Below are positions 49,245 through 59,597 of a stretch of 64,000 nt of DNA, piece after piece. Where the stretch lies: assembly GCA_947643225.1 (NCBI GenBank), contig CANRVH010000003.1, positions 7,499 through 71,498 of the forward strand, in the 5' to 3' direction. The stretch is from an uncultured Clostridia bacterium (GTDB lineage: Bacteria; Bacillota_I; Bacilli_A; RF39; UBA660). Both the position numbers and the translations under genes were made by a program. Numbering within the stretch: the stretch's first letter is position 1; every line of letters begins with the position of its first letter. The notes under the pieces are model-generated. The model was not told the origin of the DNA. It saw nothing but the letters and a program-made list of their open reading frames with translations, and ran no database searches.

Positions 49245-50666
49245 CTATTTTACCTCTTCAACTTTCATAAAGTTTGTTACTTTTTCTCCAGTATTAGGGA
49301 AACCACCAGTAATAATAATCTTATCACCAGATTTCAACTCCATAAATTCCTTTGCTCTTTTAATTGCATCTTGAACAAGTTCATCAGTAGAACAATAATT
49401 AGGAACAACTACTGGAAAAACACCCCAATTAAGAGCTAAACTACGAGCAACTTTCTCATCTGGTACTAATGCTAAAATTAATGCATCAGGCTTTAAATTA
49501 CTGATTCTTTGCGCCGTAAAACCACTCATAGTAGCAGCAACAATCACCTTAACATTTAAATCTTCAGCAGCAGATACTACACTTTTAGCAATTAAATCAT
49601 GAATACCATGAGTCTCATTAACCTCATAAACTCTTGCATATTCCTGATAATGCTCTTCAGCTACCCCACTAATTTCTCCTAAATATTGAGAAGCCAAATC
49701 AGGGTGTGCTCCTATTGTTGTTTCATCACTTAACCATACAGCATCAGCTCCATCAAACACAGCAGTTGAAACATCTGTAAGTTCTGCTTTAGTAGGACGA
49801 GAATTTTTACACATACTCTTTAGCATTTCTGTAGCAACAATACAAATTTTTCCCTTTTCACGACATTTTCTAACAATTTCTTTTTGCAAAATTGGTACTT
49901 GAATAAAAGGGACTTCTACACTTAAATCTCCTCTAGCAATAATAATACCATCTGTTTCATCAATAATTTCATCTATATTTTCAATCGCTTTTACTGTCTC
50001 TATTTTAGATAAGATAGGCATTTGAGGTTTTCCATATTTCTCAAGAAGGCTTCTTGCTGCCCTTACATCATCTGCACTCGAAACAAAAGAAATCCCTAAA
50101 TAATCACCATCATGTTCACAAGCATATTTGATATCTGCTTCATCATCATCAGAAACAAAAGGAATATTTAGATCAACCCCTGGTATATTCACACCACGTC
50201 TACTCTTTAGTGTATCACTATCAAAAATTTTACAAGTTACACCATCATCCTCAACAGAAACAACTTCAAGCCTAACAAAACCATCATTTAACAAAATCGC
50301 TGTTCCTACTTCTAAATTATCAATTACTTGAGGATAATTTAAACTAATTCTCTCCTGATTACCAATTACACTTTCCTTTACAATTCTAATTGTATTTCCA
50401 CTAACAAAATCAATTGCATTATTTTCAAATTCACAAGTTCTTAAATCAGGTCCCTTAGTATCATATAAAATAGCAACATTTTTACCTAGTTCTTTGCGAG
50501 CTTTATATACTAACTCCTCATCTACTTTTCTCTCTTCTATTGTAGCATGAGAAAAATTAACTCTGACAACAGTCATTCCATTTAAAACTAATTTTTCAAA
50601 TACAGACCAATCTTGAGTAGCTGGTCCAATACCACAAATCATCTTTGTTTTTAACATTTCTTTCAC
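49245..50666 (-). CDS. pyk: pyruvate kinase
   Basis: TKMICGIGPAT...NFSHA; ..MVARGDLSVE-like IIARGDLSVEVP; 473 aa. Confidence 0.95.
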   Translation of the reverse strand: MKEMLKTKMICGIGPATQDWSVFEKLVLNGMTVVRVNFSHATIEERKVDEELVYKARKELGKNVAILYDTKGPDLRTCEFENNAIDFVSGNTIRIVKESVIGNQERISLNYPQVIDNLEVGTAILLNDGFVRLEVVSVEDDGVTCKIFDSDTLKSRRGVNIPGVDLNIPFVSDDDEADIKYACEHDGDYLGISFVSSADDVRAARSLLEKYGKPQMPILSKIETVKAIENIDEIIDETDGIIIARGDLSVEVPFIQVPILQKEIVRKCREKGKICIVATEMLKSMCKNSRPTKAELTDVSTAVFDGADAVWLSDETTIGAHPDLASQYLGEISGVAEEHYQEYARVYEVNETHGIHDLIAKSVVSAAEDLNVKVIVAATMSGFTAQRISNLKPDALILALVPDEKVARSLALNWGVFPVVVPNYCSTDELVQDAIKRAKEFMELKSGDKIIITGGFPNTGEKVTNFMKVEEVK

Positions 50667-50764
50667 TCCATTTCTAATAACACCATTAAATTATACAATA
50701 AATAATAAACTTTGTGAATATTTTTTATTAAAAATATATTTAAAACAACTTATTTCTTTACCAT

Positions 50765-51586
50765 TCATTTCTGACAATTAGGACAATAATAAGTTCCTCT
50801 ACCATCTATTTGATCCTTAACAATTCTTTTACTACAAACAGGACAATCCTCATTTTTCTTTCCATGAATTAATAATTGATTTTGAAATAAACCATGAACC
50901 CCCTCTTCTGATGTAAAACTTTTAATTGTAGTTCCACCCATTTGAATCGCTTGATTAAGAATAACTTTTGTATTTTTAATAATTTCCCTACACTCTTCTT
51001 TACTTAAATCGCATGCCCTTTTATATGGATTAATTCGACTCATAAAAAGAATTTCATCATCATAAATATTTCCAATACCAGTAATAATAGATTGATCTAA
51101 TAAAACCGTTTTAATAAACTTATTCTTTTTTTTAAATTTTTCAAGTAAATAATCACTAGTAAGCCTTTGATCATCAAATTCATATCCTAAATTCTTTAGT
51201 GGTGTATCCAAATATAATCTATCCTTTTTAACCAAATACATCTTTCCAAATTTTCGAACATCATGATATCTCATTTCCACTTGATCAGAAAAAGTAAAAA
51301 CAACGTGCTCATGTTTAGATAAGGGATCTTTCACTTCACGAAACATAAATTTTCCTTCCATTCTAAGATGAACAAGTAAATAATAATTGGTTAGTAAAAT
51401 AACAATAAATTTTCCCCTAGTTTCAATATTTAAAATTTCTTCATTCTTTAATTTTTCCTTAAACTCTAATACACTAGGTATACTAATAATATTACTCCAA
51501 TAAACGTCCACCTGATTAATTTTTTTATGTAAAATTTTTCGTTTTAAAGCATTACAAACAGTAATCACTTCTGGCTTTTCTGGCAT
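50765..51586 (-). CDS. mutM: formamidopyrimidine-DNA glycosylase
   Basis: N-terminal MPEKPEV (catalytic Pro2/Glu3); C-terminal zinc finger CPVC...CPNC. Confidence 0.9.
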   Translation of the reverse strand: MPEKPEVITVCNALKRKILHKKINQVDVYWSNIISIPSVLEFKEKLKNEEILNIETRGKFIVILLTNYYLLVHLRMEGKFMFREVKDPLSKHEHVVFTFSDQVEMRYHDVRKFGKMYLVKKDRLYLDTPLKNLGYEFDDQRLTSDYLLEKFKKKNKFIKTVLLDQSIITGIGNIYDDEILFMSRINPYKRACDLSKEECREIIKNTKVILNQAIQMGGTTIKSFTSEEGVHGLFQNQLLIHGKKNEDCPVCSKRIVKDQIDGRGTYYCPNCQK

Positions 51587-51604
51587 TCCACTCTCCTCCT
51601 GTCT

Positions 51605-54217
51605 TTACTTTGCTTCATACCAATTTTTCCCTGTTTCTATATCTACTTTCAAAGGAACACTTAATTGATATGTATTTTCCATAATATCACGAACAATTTC
51701 AGTCACCTCTTTTTCTTCCTCTAAAACAACATTAAAAATTAATTCATCATGCACTTGAATCAACATTTTACTTTTTAGATTTCTTTGATTAAATTCATGA
51801 AATATTTCAACCATAGCCTTTTTTAATATATCTGCAGAAGTACCTTGAATAGGTGTATTTAAAGCAATCCTCTCTCCTTGAGTCCTAACCATATAATTTT
51901 TACTTTGAAGTTCAGGAATAACTCTTCTTCTATTCATCAATGTTTTAACAAAACCATTTTGATAAGCCTCTTTTTTTTGTTTTTCCATATATTCTTTTAT
52001 TCCTGGATAAGTATTTAAATAGTGATCTAAAAAACCCTTTGCATCAATGATATTAACTCCTAAATCTTCACTAAGTCCAAAAGAACTAATTCCATATAAA
52101 ATCCCAAAATTAACAGCTTTAGCAGTCCTTCTCATATCGCGATCTACAAACTCCTCACTAATACCAAATATATCAGAAGCTGTTTTAGTATGAATATCTT
52201 TATCTTCAATAAATGCCTCCTTTAAGTGACCTACTTTAGATACATGAGTAAAAATTCTAAGTTCAACTTGTGAATAATCACTAGATAAAATAATTGAATT
52301 ATCATCAGGAACAAATGCCTTTCGAACAAGCCTACCATATTCATCTCTAATAGGTATATTTTGTAAATTAGGACTAATACTAGAAAGACGGCCTGTGCGA
52401 GTTAATGTCTGATTAAAAATTGTATGAATTCTACCATCCTCTCTAATTTCCATTTTTAACCCCTCTGCATAGGTTGCATAAAGTTTAGTAATCATTCTAT
52501 AATCAAGAATTTTTTGAATAATAGGATGCGTATCTATAATTTTGTCCAAAATATCTTTACTAGTGGAATAACTATTATTTTTAGTCTTTTTTGGATAAGG
52601 GATAGCTAACTTATTAAAAAGAATATCTGCTAGTTTTCTGGGACTCATAATATTAAATTCACAACCAGCATCTTGATAAATCGATTCAGTAAGATCAATA
52701 ATTTTAGCATTTAACTCTACACTAAATTTATCTAAATAATTTTTATCTACTTTTATTCCTGTAAGTTCCATATCAGCAAGAACAAAACTAAGAGGCATTT
52801 CTATTTCTTGAAATAATTCCATTTCATCATATTCTTCTATTTGTTTTAAAATCTGCTCTTTTGTTTCATAAATAAATTGAGCCTTAAGTAAACACTCAGC
52901 TTCTAAAGTTTCTAAATCAACTTTCTTTTTTTTCTTTATACTACCAAAAATATCCTCATAACTAGGAATATCATAAGAATAGCACTTAGCAATATCACTA
53001 ATATCATCCGCAATATGATCAAGTAAATATGTACCAATCATTGTATCAAAAACAACATGTTTAATTTCAATTCCAAACTTATTCAAACAGACAATGCTTT
53101 TTTTCACATCATAAGTATACTTTTCAGAAGAATTAGCAAAAATATCTTTCGTCTTAAAAATAGAATCAGCTTGAACAAAAGTAACCTCATCTCCATTACA
53201 AAAACCTATTCCTAAGACATTACCTTTACTATATCCAAGATGATCAACCTCAATAAAGTAACTAAAATCTTGACTAAAATCAAAAGCTTCATATTGAACA
53301 ACTTTGATCCGTTCTTCCTTCATTTTTAACTTTTGTTGCTCTATTTTTTTATCTAATAAATGATATTTTTTTAATAAAGAGTTAAATTCAAATTCTTTTA
53401 AAAGATTAGTAAACACCTCTTCATTAACACCCACATATTTCAAATCCTCTAAGGAAAAATTAAGAGGAACTTGCCTATAAATGGTTGCAATATCATAACT
53501 CATGTAAGCATCATTTTTTCCCTCAACCAATTTATTATGAATACTTCCAGAAATATGATCAATATGATGATATAAATTATCTAAACTACCATATTCGCCT
53601 AATAATTTTAAGGCTGTTTTTTCTCCAATTCCTTTAACACCAGGAATATTATCACTAGAATCTCCCATAAGGGCCTTAATATCAACCATTCTTTTAGGCT
53701 CTACTCCATAAGTACGAATAAATTCATCTCTATCCATTCTAATAAAACCATTATTTTTTAAGAGCTTAACATCAACTTCATCACTAATTAATTGCAGTAA
53801 ATCCTTATCACTACTAATAATTGTCGCAACAAATTGATCCTCTTCATCAACAATTCGGCTAAGAGTACCAATAATATCATCAGCTTCGTATTGATCAATT
53901 TCAAAATGTTTTATTCCCATCGCATCAAGCACTTCTTTAGCTTTAGGAAATTGAAGCTTTAAATCCTCTGGCATAGCCTGCCTTCCTGCTTTATACCAAT
54001 CATATTGATCATGTCTAAAAGTTTTTCCCTTATCAAAAGCAACTAACATATATTCAGGATTTTCCTCTTCTAATATCTTATGAATCATTGTAATAAATCC
54101 ATATATCGCATTAGTTGGAAAGCCTCTAGAATTTCTCATAATAATACCTGTATAACTAGTTGCGTAAAAACTTCTAAACAATAAATTATTTCCATCAACT
54201 AAAATTACCTTTTTCAT
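51605..54217 (-). CDS. polA: DNA polymerase I
   Basis: 5' nuclease domain plus polymerase motifs (DYSQVELR, QVHDELIF); start at MKKVILVDG after an AGGTGA SD; polA-mutM order conserved. Confidence 0.95.
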   Translation of the reverse strand: MKKVILVDGNNLLFRSFYATSYTGIIMRNSRGFPTNAIYGFITMIHKILEEENPEYMLVAFDKGKTFRHDQYDWYKAGRQAMPEDLKLQFPKAKEVLDAMGIKHFEIDQYEADDIIGTLSRIVDEEDQFVATIISSDKDLLQLISDEVDVKLLKNNGFIRMDRDEFIRTYGVEPKRMVDIKALMGDSSDNIPGVKGIGEKTALKLLGEYGSLDNLYHHIDHISGSIHNKLVEGKNDAYMSYDIATIYRQVPLNFSLEDLKYVGVNEEVFTNLLKEFEFNSLLKKYHLLDKKIEQQKLKMKEERIKVVQYEAFDFSQDFSYFIEVDHLGYSKGNVLGIGFCNGDEVTFVQADSIFKTKDIFANSSEKYTYDVKKSIVCLNKFGIEIKHVVFDTMIGTYLLDHIADDISDIAKCYSYDIPSYEDIFGSIKKKKKVDLETLEAECLLKAQFIYETKEQILKQIEEYDEMELFQEIEMPLSFVLADMELTGIKVDKNYLDKFSVELNAKIIDLTESIYQDAGCEFNIMSPRKLADILFNKLAIPYPKKTKNNSYSTSKDILDKIIDTHPIIQKILDYRMITKLYATYAEGLKMEIREDGRIHTIFNQTLTRTGRLSSISPNLQNIPIRDEYGRLVRKAFVPDDNSIILSSDYSQVELRIFTHVSKVGHLKEAFIEDKDIHTKTASDIFGISEEFVDRDMRRTAKAVNFGILYGISSFGLSEDLGVNIIDAKGFLDHYLNTYPGIKEYMEKQKKEAYQNGFVKTLMNRRRVIPELQSKNYMVRTQGERIALNTPIQGTSADILKKAMVEIFHEFNQRNLKSKMLIQVHDELIFNVVLEEEKEVTEIVRDIMENTYQLSVPLKVDIETGKNWYEAK

Positions 54218-54631
54218 TTCGATCACCTTCATCACTACTCTCAATTAAAATAATATTTCACTATCCCAATAAATCGTACCTTTCCTATAGAAATTATACC
54301 ATATAATAAGAAAAAATCACAAATAAACATGATTAACATTTAAATAATTTATTTTTAAACTCCAATAGATATTCTACTATTTATATCATAATATACATAT
54401 ACATTAAGTCTCTCAACTCTATTAATCATATAAATAGTAAATAGAATAAGTATGATATAAATAAAAATCACACTTACACCTACTTTAATTTTTACTTTCA
54501 TCACTACACTCTCCCTTCAATTATATCATCATCATATCTCATACATAAGTTCGTGTCAACAGTTTTTTAAAAACATTTGTTTGACATTTCATATATTGTA
54601 TGCTAATCTTGATTTATAAGGGAGGAAAAGA

Positions 54632-55249
54632 ATGGAAAAACTAACTAAAAGGCAAAAAGATATCCTAAATGTTGTTAAAAAATTAATTGCTGATAATGGT
54701 TACCCACCTACTGTAAGAGAAATAGGAAAAACAGCACATCTCTCAAGTCCTGCAACAATTCACTTTCACTTAAATAAATTAGCAGAAAAAGGATATATCC
54801 AAAAAGGAGGAAGTAAAAATAGAACAATAAAATTACTTGTACCTAACGAATTTTTAGAAGATGATAAAAATATAATAGAAGTTCCACTTTTAGGAAAAGT
54901 AACAGCAGGAACTCCAATAGAAGCAATAGAAACCCCCGATGAATACTTTTCCCTACCAGCTAACCTAATAACGGGTAAAAAGGAAGTCTTTACTCTAAAA
55001 GTAAGTGGAGAAAGTATGATCAATATTGGTATATATGATAGAGATATCCTAATTGTAGAAAAGAACAACACTGCCACAAATGGAGATACTGTAGTAGCAA
55101 TGACTGAAAATAATGAAGTTACAGTTAAAACATTTTATCAAGAAAAAGATTACATTCGTTTACAACCTGAAAACGATACTATGGAACCAATTATCTTAAA
55201 AAATGTAACAATTTTAGGAAAAGTAATTGGTCTATATAGAAAATTTTAA
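54632..55249 (+). CDS. lexA: LexA repressor
   Basis: Winged-helix N-terminus; S24 peptidase Ser-Lys dyad (GESM ... K); 205 aa. Confidence 0.9.
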   Translation: MEKLTKRQKDILNVVKKLIADNGYPPTVREIGKTAHLSSPATIHFHLNKLAEKGYIQKGGSKNRTIKLLVPNEFLEDDKNIIEVPLLGKVTAGTPIEAIETPDEYFSLPANLITGKKEVFTLKVSGESMINIGIYDRDILIVEKNNTATNGDTVVAMTENNEVTVKTFYQEKDYIRLQPENDTMEPIILKNVTILGKVIGLYRKF

Positions 55250-55261
55250 AACAAAAAGAAC

Positions 55262-55945
55262 TTATTCACCCATAAGTTCTTTTACTATATAACTACCAAT
55301 TAATAATCCCGCTACACTAGGCACAAAAGCATTAGAGGAAACTTTCTCTAATCCTTTTTTAGGAATTTCCCTACTACACAAAACCATTAATTTTTTACTT
55401 ATTTTTTCCTCTCTTAAATACTTTCTAATTACCCTAGCTAGTGGATCACCACTAGTTTTTTTTATATCCATTATTTCTAATTTACTAGGATTAAATCTAT
55501 TTCCAACACCCATAGAAGAAATAATAGGAATATCATGAAGAAGACAATATTGAATAACTAATTTCTTAGTACTTATCGTATCACAAGCATCAACAAAATA
55601 ATCAATTTTATCACGGAATAAATCAATATAATTAGAAGAATCAATAAATTGATCATAACAAATAACCTTACATTCAGGATTAATTTCCTGAATTCTTTTA
55701 TAAAAAATATTTATCTTCTTTTTACCAATTGTAGAACTAAGAGCAATAATCTGCCTATTAATATTAGTAAGATCAACAAGATCAAAATCAACTAAAATAA
55801 GTGTCCCTATTCCAGATCTAGCAAGAGATTCTACTACATATCCACCTACTCCACCCACTCCTAAAACTAAAACTGTTTTAGAAAGTAATAAATTAACATT
55901 ATCCTCACCAACTAATAAAGATAATCTTTGAAACCTATCATCCAT
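55262..55945 (-). CDS. tcdA: tRNA threonylcarbamoyladenosine dehydratase (TcdA/CsdL, ThiF/MoeB family)
   Basis: VLVLGVGGVGGYVVESLARSGIGTLILVDFDLVDLTNINRQ Rossmann/E1-like motif; 227 aa. Confidence 0.7.
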   Translation of the reverse strand: MDDRFQRLSLLVGEDNVNLLLSKTVLVLGVGGVGGYVVESLARSGIGTLILVDFDLVDLTNINRQIIALSSTIGKKKINIFYKRIQEINPECKVICYDQFIDSSNYIDLFRDKIDYFVDACDTISTKKLVIQYCLLHDIPIISSMGVGNRFNPSKLEIMDIKKTSGDPLARVIRKYLREEKISKKLMVLCSREIPKKGLEKVSSNAFVPSVAGLLIGSYIVKELMGE

Positions 55946-55946
55946 C

Positions 55947-56744
55947 CTATGAAGCGTCCTTATAAGATAAACCAGTTTTAACTTTTACTTTATCCTTACT
56001 ACTCTTAATCCATTTAAGTGAGTCATTATAAACAATATTATATAAACAAGAAAGCCTCGAATAAACTCTCTGATTAGCTAAAGCTGTATGATAATAGTTA
56101 ACTAAGCCTCTAAAGTCCTTACTATGAATCGTACCTAAAAAATTTAAAACTTTCTGAAAATCCTCAATTTTTATAGACGATTTTTCAATCACTTCACAAT
56201 CAAATAAATCCAAAAATTTTAATGTATCAATTAAATCTTCCAAATCATTTTCTATAATAGCATCCTGATAATGTTCACTAACATGATTAGCAATAAAAGA
56301 TAGTCTCTCTAATTTTTCATCTGTAATATGATTGGTAATACCCATTTTTTCAAAGTCAATATATCTTCCCTTATCTCGGTCAGGAATTCCATTTTTTAAA
56401 TCTAAAATCATACTACCAAATAACTCATCTAAACCATTCGTTATTTTATCAAAAGGATAATCAATTTCATAAAGATCATATAGATTACTATGATCCTCCT
56501 CTTTAGTAGAAACAAGAAAACTATTTTTTCTCATCATACTATGGTTTCTAATAAACTTCATAATTGCAATTGCCTGAGCATTCTCCATTTGATAATGAGA
56601 AGTTGAAAATGCAACGTTATTCACAATAATATCATTAGCATGAATATCATCAATTTTCACTTTTTCTTTAATTTTTTTACAAGATTTTAATCTAATTCTA
56701 ACATTCAGAATTCTACCTCGATTAACTATTGGAACAATCTCCAT
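55947..56744 (-). CDS. hypothetical protein, co-transcribed with tcdA
   Basis: ATG (MEIVPIV) after a GGGGTGA SD; own TTGCAA-17-TAAAAT promoter at ~56796-56768; no recognisable domain. Confidence 0.4.
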   Translation of the reverse strand: MEIVPIVNRGRILNVRIRLKSCKKIKEKVKIDDIHANDIIVNNVAFSTSHYQMENAQAIAIMKFIRNHSMMRKNSFLVSTKEEDHSNLYDLYEIDYPFDKITNGLDELFGSMILDLKNGIPDRDKGRYIDFEKMGITNHITDEKLERLSFIANHVSEHYQDAIIENDLEDLIDTLKFLDLFDCEVIEKSSIKIEDFQKVLNFLGTIHSKDFRGLVNYYHTALANQRVYSRLSCLYNIVYNDSLKWIKSSKDKVKVKTGLSYKDAS

Positions 56745-56786
56745 TGTAATCACCCCATGTTCTATATTTTACCATTGAAAAATATA

Positions 56787-56824
56787 GATTGCAAATAAAA
56801 AATGCCAAAGAAGCGGTCTTGGCA
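56787..56824 (-). terminator. rho-independent terminator (minus strand)
   Basis: GCCAAGA-CCGCU-UCUUUGGCA followed by UUUUUUAUUU on the minus strand. Confidence 0.6.
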
Positions 56825-56990
56825 CAACGATAAAACCTGTATATACAGGTGGGTACAACTAGTCTACCTTTAGGATCTCCAAATAAATTTGGATATTCAA
56901 CACCAATAAACATTGTTATTCCCTTATCGCCACTTTGCGGTTTTATTTTTTGCTAGTATCGCATTCTTCAGCATATAACATATCTGTAAT
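56825..56990 (-). ncRNA. candidate ~170-nt small RNA or leader between the tsf terminator and the 56787-56824 terminator
   Basis: Non-coding stretch bracketed by two intrinsic terminators; contains hairpins UCCAAA-UUUA-UUUGGA and CCUGUAUAUACAGG; position upstream of tcdA may correspond to B. subtilis bsrA (6S-1 RNA), from memory. Confidence 0.25.
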
Positions 56991-57009
56991 TAAAATATAT
57001 CATAAAAAA

Positions 57010-57047
57010 AATATTTTAGCAAGAAAAAAGAATGGCTATGCATTCTT
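57010..57047 (-). terminator. rho-independent terminator of tsf overlapping its stop codon
   Basis: AAGAAUG-CAUAGC-CAUUCUU (stop codon in loop) followed by UUUUUCUUGCUAAAAUAUUUUUUUU. Confidence 0.65.
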
Positions 57048-57911
57048 AATTTGATTCATTACTTCACTAGCAAAATCCTCTTCTTTTTTCTCAATTCCTT
57101 CACCTACAACATATCGAACCATTTTTTCAATCTGTCCACCATTATTTTTAACATAAGTTAGAACATTTACACTAGAATCTTTAATAAATTCTTGATCAGC
57201 TAAACAAATTTCTTTATAAAACTTATTTATTCTACCATTAACCATCTTTTCAGCAATATCAGCAGGTTTCCCTTCATTCATAACCTGTTCTTTAATTACC
57301 TTCTTTTCGTGTTCAATCATCTCTTCTGGAACTTCCTCTTTACTAATACAAACTGGTGCCATAGCAGCAACATGCATAGCAACATCCTTAGCTACTTCTT
57401 CTGTTGTATCAGAAAGAACAACTAAACCACCTATTTTACCACCCATATGAATATAACTACCAAATACTTCATTATCTTTCTTAGTTACTTTTTCAAATCT
57501 TCTAAAACTAATCTTTTCTCCGATTTTAGCAACTAAAGCAACCAATTTTTCCTGAATTGTATTTTCGCCATCTTTAACTTCTAACACTTCCTCAACAGAT
57601 GAAACATCATTTTTTAATAAAATATCAGTTAAGTATTGAACAAATTGAACAAATTCTTCATTTTTAGCCACAAAATCAGTCTCAGAATTAACCTCTAAAA
57701 TAATTCCAGTATTTCCTTCTGTTTTAATACTACAAAGACCATCAGCAGCAATACGACCTGCTTTTTTCTCAGCTTTGCTCATTCCTTTTTCTCTTAAATA
57801 GTCGATTGCTTTTTCCATATCACCACCAACTGCTTCAAGAGCTTTTTTACAATCAAGCATTCCTGCACCTGTACGTTCTCTTAAGTCTTTAACATCACTT
57901 GTCTTATACAT
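57036..57911 (-). CDS. tsf: elongation factor Ts
   Basis: VKDLRERTGAGMLDCKKAL UBA-like N-terminus; 291 aa. Confidence 0.95.
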   Translation of the reverse strand: MYKTSDVKDLRERTGAGMLDCKKALEAVGGDMEKAIDYLREKGMSKAEKKAGRIAADGLCSIKTEGNTGIILEVNSETDFVAKNEEFVQFVQYLTDILLKNDVSSVEEVLEVKDGENTIQEKLVALVAKIGEKISFRRFEKVTKKDNEVFGSYIHMGGKIGGLVVLSDTTEEVAKDVAMHVAAMAPVCISKEEVPEEMIEHEKKVIKEQVMNEGKPADIAEKMVNGRINKFYKEICLADQEFIKDSSVNVLTYVKNNGGQIEKMVRYVVGEGIEKKEEDFASEVMNQIKNA

Positions 57912-57924
57912 AAAATAATCCTCC

Positions 57925-58881
57925 TTATTGATTTAAAGCTTCTATTAACTCAGCCTTTTTCATTGTAGAATATCCCTTTACACCTTTATCTTTAGCTAAA
58001 GTCTTTAAGTCAGCTAAAGTCATATTGCTAAGATCAACATCACTCTTATTCTCTTTTTCATTAACAACTTCAGTTTCCACTTTCTCCGTATTATTAACGA
58101 TAGTATCAACTGGTTTATTAAATGTTTTTTCTGCTTTATCTATCTTTTTATTTTGTCTTTTATTTCTATCATCATCAGTTACAAAATCAATAATTTCTTT
58201 TCCAGTTACTTCACTAATTGCATTAGTAAGAACTCCTAAAACAATTTTAACAGCACGAACAGCATCATCGTTTCCAGGAATAACATAATCTACTAAATCA
58301 GGATCACAGTTCGTATCAACAATACCAAATACAGGTATCCCTAATATACGTGCTTCCTTAATTGCATTTTCTTCCTTACGAGGATCAACAATAACTAAAG
58401 CTTGAGGAAGTTTTTTCATCTCACGAATTCCCCTTAGGTTTCGATTTAGTTTTTCATATTCCTTCTTGACTTTAATTACTTCTTTTTTAGGTAAACTTGC
58501 AAATGTTCCATCTGTTTCCATTTTATCTATTTCATCCATTCTTTTAATTCTTGAACGAATAGTCTTAAAGTTAGTAAGGGTCCCACCTAACCATCTTTCA
58601 TTAACAAAATACATATCAGTTCTAGTAGCACATTCCTCTACTGCCTCCTGAGCTTGTTTCTTAGTACCTACAAATAATACTTGCCCTGCATTTTCCGCAA
58701 TTTTTTTCATTGCCTCATATGCTTCTTCAAGTTTTTTTACCGTTTTAGATAAATCGATAATATAAATATCATCACGTGTTGTATAGATGTATTCCTTCAT
58801 TTTTGGATTCCATCTTCTTTTTTGATGTCCAAAATGAACACCAGCCTCTAATAAATAATTCATTGATACGATTGTACTCAT
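57925..58881 (-). CDS. rpsB: 30S ribosomal protein S2 with ~80-aa C-terminal extension ending in a Rho_N/HeH-like motif
   Basis: S2 core ([20 protein letters not shown]...); tail ...[32 protein letters not shown]. Confidence 0.93.
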   Translation of the reverse strand: MSTIVSMNYLLEAGVHFGHQKRRWNPKMKEYIYTTRDDIYIIDLSKTVKKLEEAYEAMKKIAENAGQVLFVGTKKQAQEAVEECATRTDMYFVNERWLGGTLTNFKTIRSRIKRMDEIDKMETDGTFASLPKKEVIKVKKEYEKLNRNLRGIREMKKLPQALVIVDPRKEENAIKEARILGIPVFGIVDTNCDPDLVDYVIPGNDDAVRAVKIVLGVLTNAISEVTGKEIIDFVTDDDRNKRQNKKIDKAEKTFNKPVDTIVNNTEKVETEVVNEKENKSDVDLSNMTLADLKTLAKDKGVKGYSTMKKAELIEALNQ

Positions 58882-58967
58882 ATATAATTCTCCTCTTTCG
58901 TTTTTATCTTCTACTAATCTTATAATTTATCACCCTAAGGCACTAGACAAATCTATAATTAGTATGC

Positions 58968-59576
58968 CTATTTTTCTAGTGCTGCAATTAAATCAGCCTT
59001 TTTCATACCAGTAATACCAGTAATTTTCTTTTCTTTTGCAATTTCTTTTAATTCTGCAACAGTCATCTTACTATAATCTTCTTTTGTTTCTTTTTTAGTA
59101 GGTGTTGTTTCTTTTTTTTCTTCTATCTTAGTTTGTTCCTTCTCCTCTTTAGCAGCTTTTTTACTACCTGCACTAACAGTCACTTCACTAACTTCTTTTA
59201 CTTCATTAACTTTAACTTTACCTGCTTTTCCCTCTTTAGCAATATTCACTAAATCACTAAATGCACTTGGATCATGAATTGCTATTTCAGAAAGCATCTT
59301 ACGATTAACTAATACTCCAGCCTTATTAAGACCTTCTATAAATCTAGAATAACTAATCTCATTTTCACGACAAGCAGCATTAATTCTAGTAATCCAAAGC
59401 TTTCTGAATTCTCTTTTCTTTTGTTTACGATCTCTAAATGCATATTGTCCAGAGTGCATTAACTGTTCCTTAGCACTTTTATAAAGTCTATGTTTACTAC
59501 CAAAATAACCCTTAGCTTGTTTTAATACTTTTTTATGACGAGCCTTTGTCACTGCTCCATTTTTAACTCTTGCCAC
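58968..59576 (-). CDS. rplT: 50S ribosomal protein L20 with ~85-aa C-terminal extension ending in a Rho_N/HeH-like motif
   Basis: L20 core ([26 protein letters not shown]...); tail ...[32 protein letters not shown]. Confidence 0.9.
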   Translation of the reverse strand: MARVKNGAVTKARHKKVLKQAKGYFGSKHRLYKSAKEQLMHSGQYAFRDRKQKKREFRKLWITRINAACRENEISYSRFIEGLNKAGVLVNRKMLSEIAIHDPSAFSDLVNIAKEGKAGKVKVNEVKEVSEVTVSAGSKKAAKEEKEQTKIEEKKETTPTKKETKEDYSKMTVAELKEIAKEKKITGITGMKKADLIAALEK

Positions 59577-59597
59577 TTCAATTCCTCCTTCTTATGA

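Noticed and set aside
56722-56913. 63-aa minus-strand ORF in the tsf to tcdA-operon spacer
   Set aside because: It would read straight through an intrinsic terminator and a promoter; the region is better explained as non-coding (candidate sRNA or leader).
58882-58967. Imperfect hairpin after rplT as a terminator
   Set aside because: The stem is interrupted and no U-run follows; probably just the rpsB promoter region.
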